A stretch of DNA of 64,000 nucleotides from Nitrospirota bacterium (GTDB lineage: Bacteria > Nitrospirota > UBA9217): positions 480,001 through 544,000 of the forward strand of contig CAVWHO010000016.1 in NCBI GenBank assembly GCA_963754875.1, given 5' to 3'. Each line of letters opens with the position of its first letter. Position 1 is the stretch's first letter. Positions 62,974-64,000 of the stretch are shown in pieces. The position numbers were made by a program, and so were the translations under genes. The notes below the pieces were generated by a model. The model did no database searches, was not told the origin of the DNA, and worked only from the letters and a program-made list of their open reading frames with translations.

Positions 62974-64000
62974 CTCAGTACGAAGCGCTTCACGGAAAGC
63001 CTCTTGCTGCTGTAAAGCGCTGGGGCAAGTCTCATGCACTCCCCAAACTGGTTTTTTGCCCCGTCTGCAATGCCCCGCACGACTATCTCTACTACAACGA
63101 CGGTAAGAAAAAATCTCAGATCAGGTGCAAGGTCTGTGGTCACTTGTTTCAAGCCGACCAGAGATTCCGTAAAAACGATAAGTCAAAATACTTTTGCCCC
63201 TACTGCAACCACGCTCTCTTTCGTTGGAAAATGCGGAAAGAGGTTACGCTTTACAAATGCCCCAACGATGACTGCCAGCACCGCGTCCAGGCCATCGCAA
63301 AACTTAATCCGGCTGAGCGTGCATTACAGAAGAAACGAAGCTCGCAGTTCAAGCTCTGCTACCAGTACCGGGAGTATCATTACAAACCCCAAGAGCTTCT
63401 TCACTCTGAGCCCGAAAAGCCGATCGTCGAGCTTACGAAGATCCATAACTCCGAGAACGTCCTCGGCCTGATCCTTGCCTTTTATGTTTCCTTCGCCGTT
63501 CCAGCCAGGAAAACCGCGGCTATTTTGAAGTCCGTCTTCAATATCAAAGTCTCTTATCAGACGGTCCTAAATTATGCGGCAGCCGCAGCGTTTTACTGCC
63601 ACAGCTACAATCTCCAGCGTAAAGGCCCGATCGATTCTATTCAGGCTGGCGATGAAACGTATATCAGGGTCCTGGGGAAGCATCAATACGTCTTTTTCTT
63701 CATCTCATCCAAGAGCCTGAAAATCACCGCCTACCATGTTGCCGATAACCGGGGAACGCAACCAGCAATCATCGCCATGAACGAAGCGATCCGTACCGCA
63801 GCTCCCGGTCAGGAGATTATCCTCGTGACCGACGGCAATCCTTCCTACCCAGCCGGCATCCATTTTCTGAATGCTCAGGAAGGCGATGATCCCGATATCC
63901 AGCACCACAAGGTCATCGGCCTCCAAAACCTCGATGCCGAGTCAACGGAATGGAGGGCGTTTAAACAGCTCATCGAGCGCTTGAATAGGACCTACAAGTA
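62940..64000 (+). CDS. Zinc-finger DDE transposase (IS6/IS240-like catalytic domain), partial, in the -1 frame relative to ORF A
   Basis: Manual translation stays open to the edge: CPVC, CKVC, CPYC, CPNDDC, then GDETYIRVLG, VTDGNPSY, LIERLNRTYK (D-D-E). Not in the ORF track. Confidence 0.9.

Larger units (their letters stand above)
62588..64000 (+). mobile_element. Insertion sequence, IS6-like DDE type, truncated by the window edge (left end tentative)
   Basis: Small ORF plus a transposase frame; candidate terminal sequence CGTTTTGTCAAAAT at 62588. Confidence 0.7.

Overview
Bacterial chromosomal window of moderately high GC with AT-rich patches. Gene content and the tmRNA tag suggest an anaerobic Nitrospirota- or deltaproteobacteria-like organism (inference only). 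From left to right: (1) an AT-rich tract downstream of tmRNA (ssrA) carrying a secreted tandem-LamG protein that runs off the left edge and is missing from the ORF track, preceded by a dead copy of its own N-terminus; (2) a minus-strand housekeeping block (radical SAM, pgeF, yggS, proC, yggT, divIVA, yggU; a PAS hybrid kinase; a Re-citrate-synthase-like enzyme fused to a Cache-like domain; rpe, PASTA protein, rsmB, DUF116, fmt, def); (3) a large TPR protein and glnB-glnA with an enhancer/sigma54-like promoter; (4) an extended K+ uptake cluster: extra micro-peptide, kdpF, kdpA, kdpB, outer-membrane porin, kdpC, exported protein, kdpD, kdpE and a KimA-like transporter with a sigma54 promoter; (5) envelope, redox and signalling genes; (6) HU, a cobalamin riboswitch above a Cys-rich protein plus MFS, PPi-type PFK, moaA-moaC and a LysR gene; (7) an IS6-like DDE element at the right edge with a probable -1 frameshift. 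Fifteen single-base insertions break genes between about 3.4 and 30 kb and look like sequencing/assembly errors. Intergenic spaces hold several families of short-period (7, 8, 9 nt) imperfect inverted repeats. No CRISPR array, rRNA or tRNA was seen.
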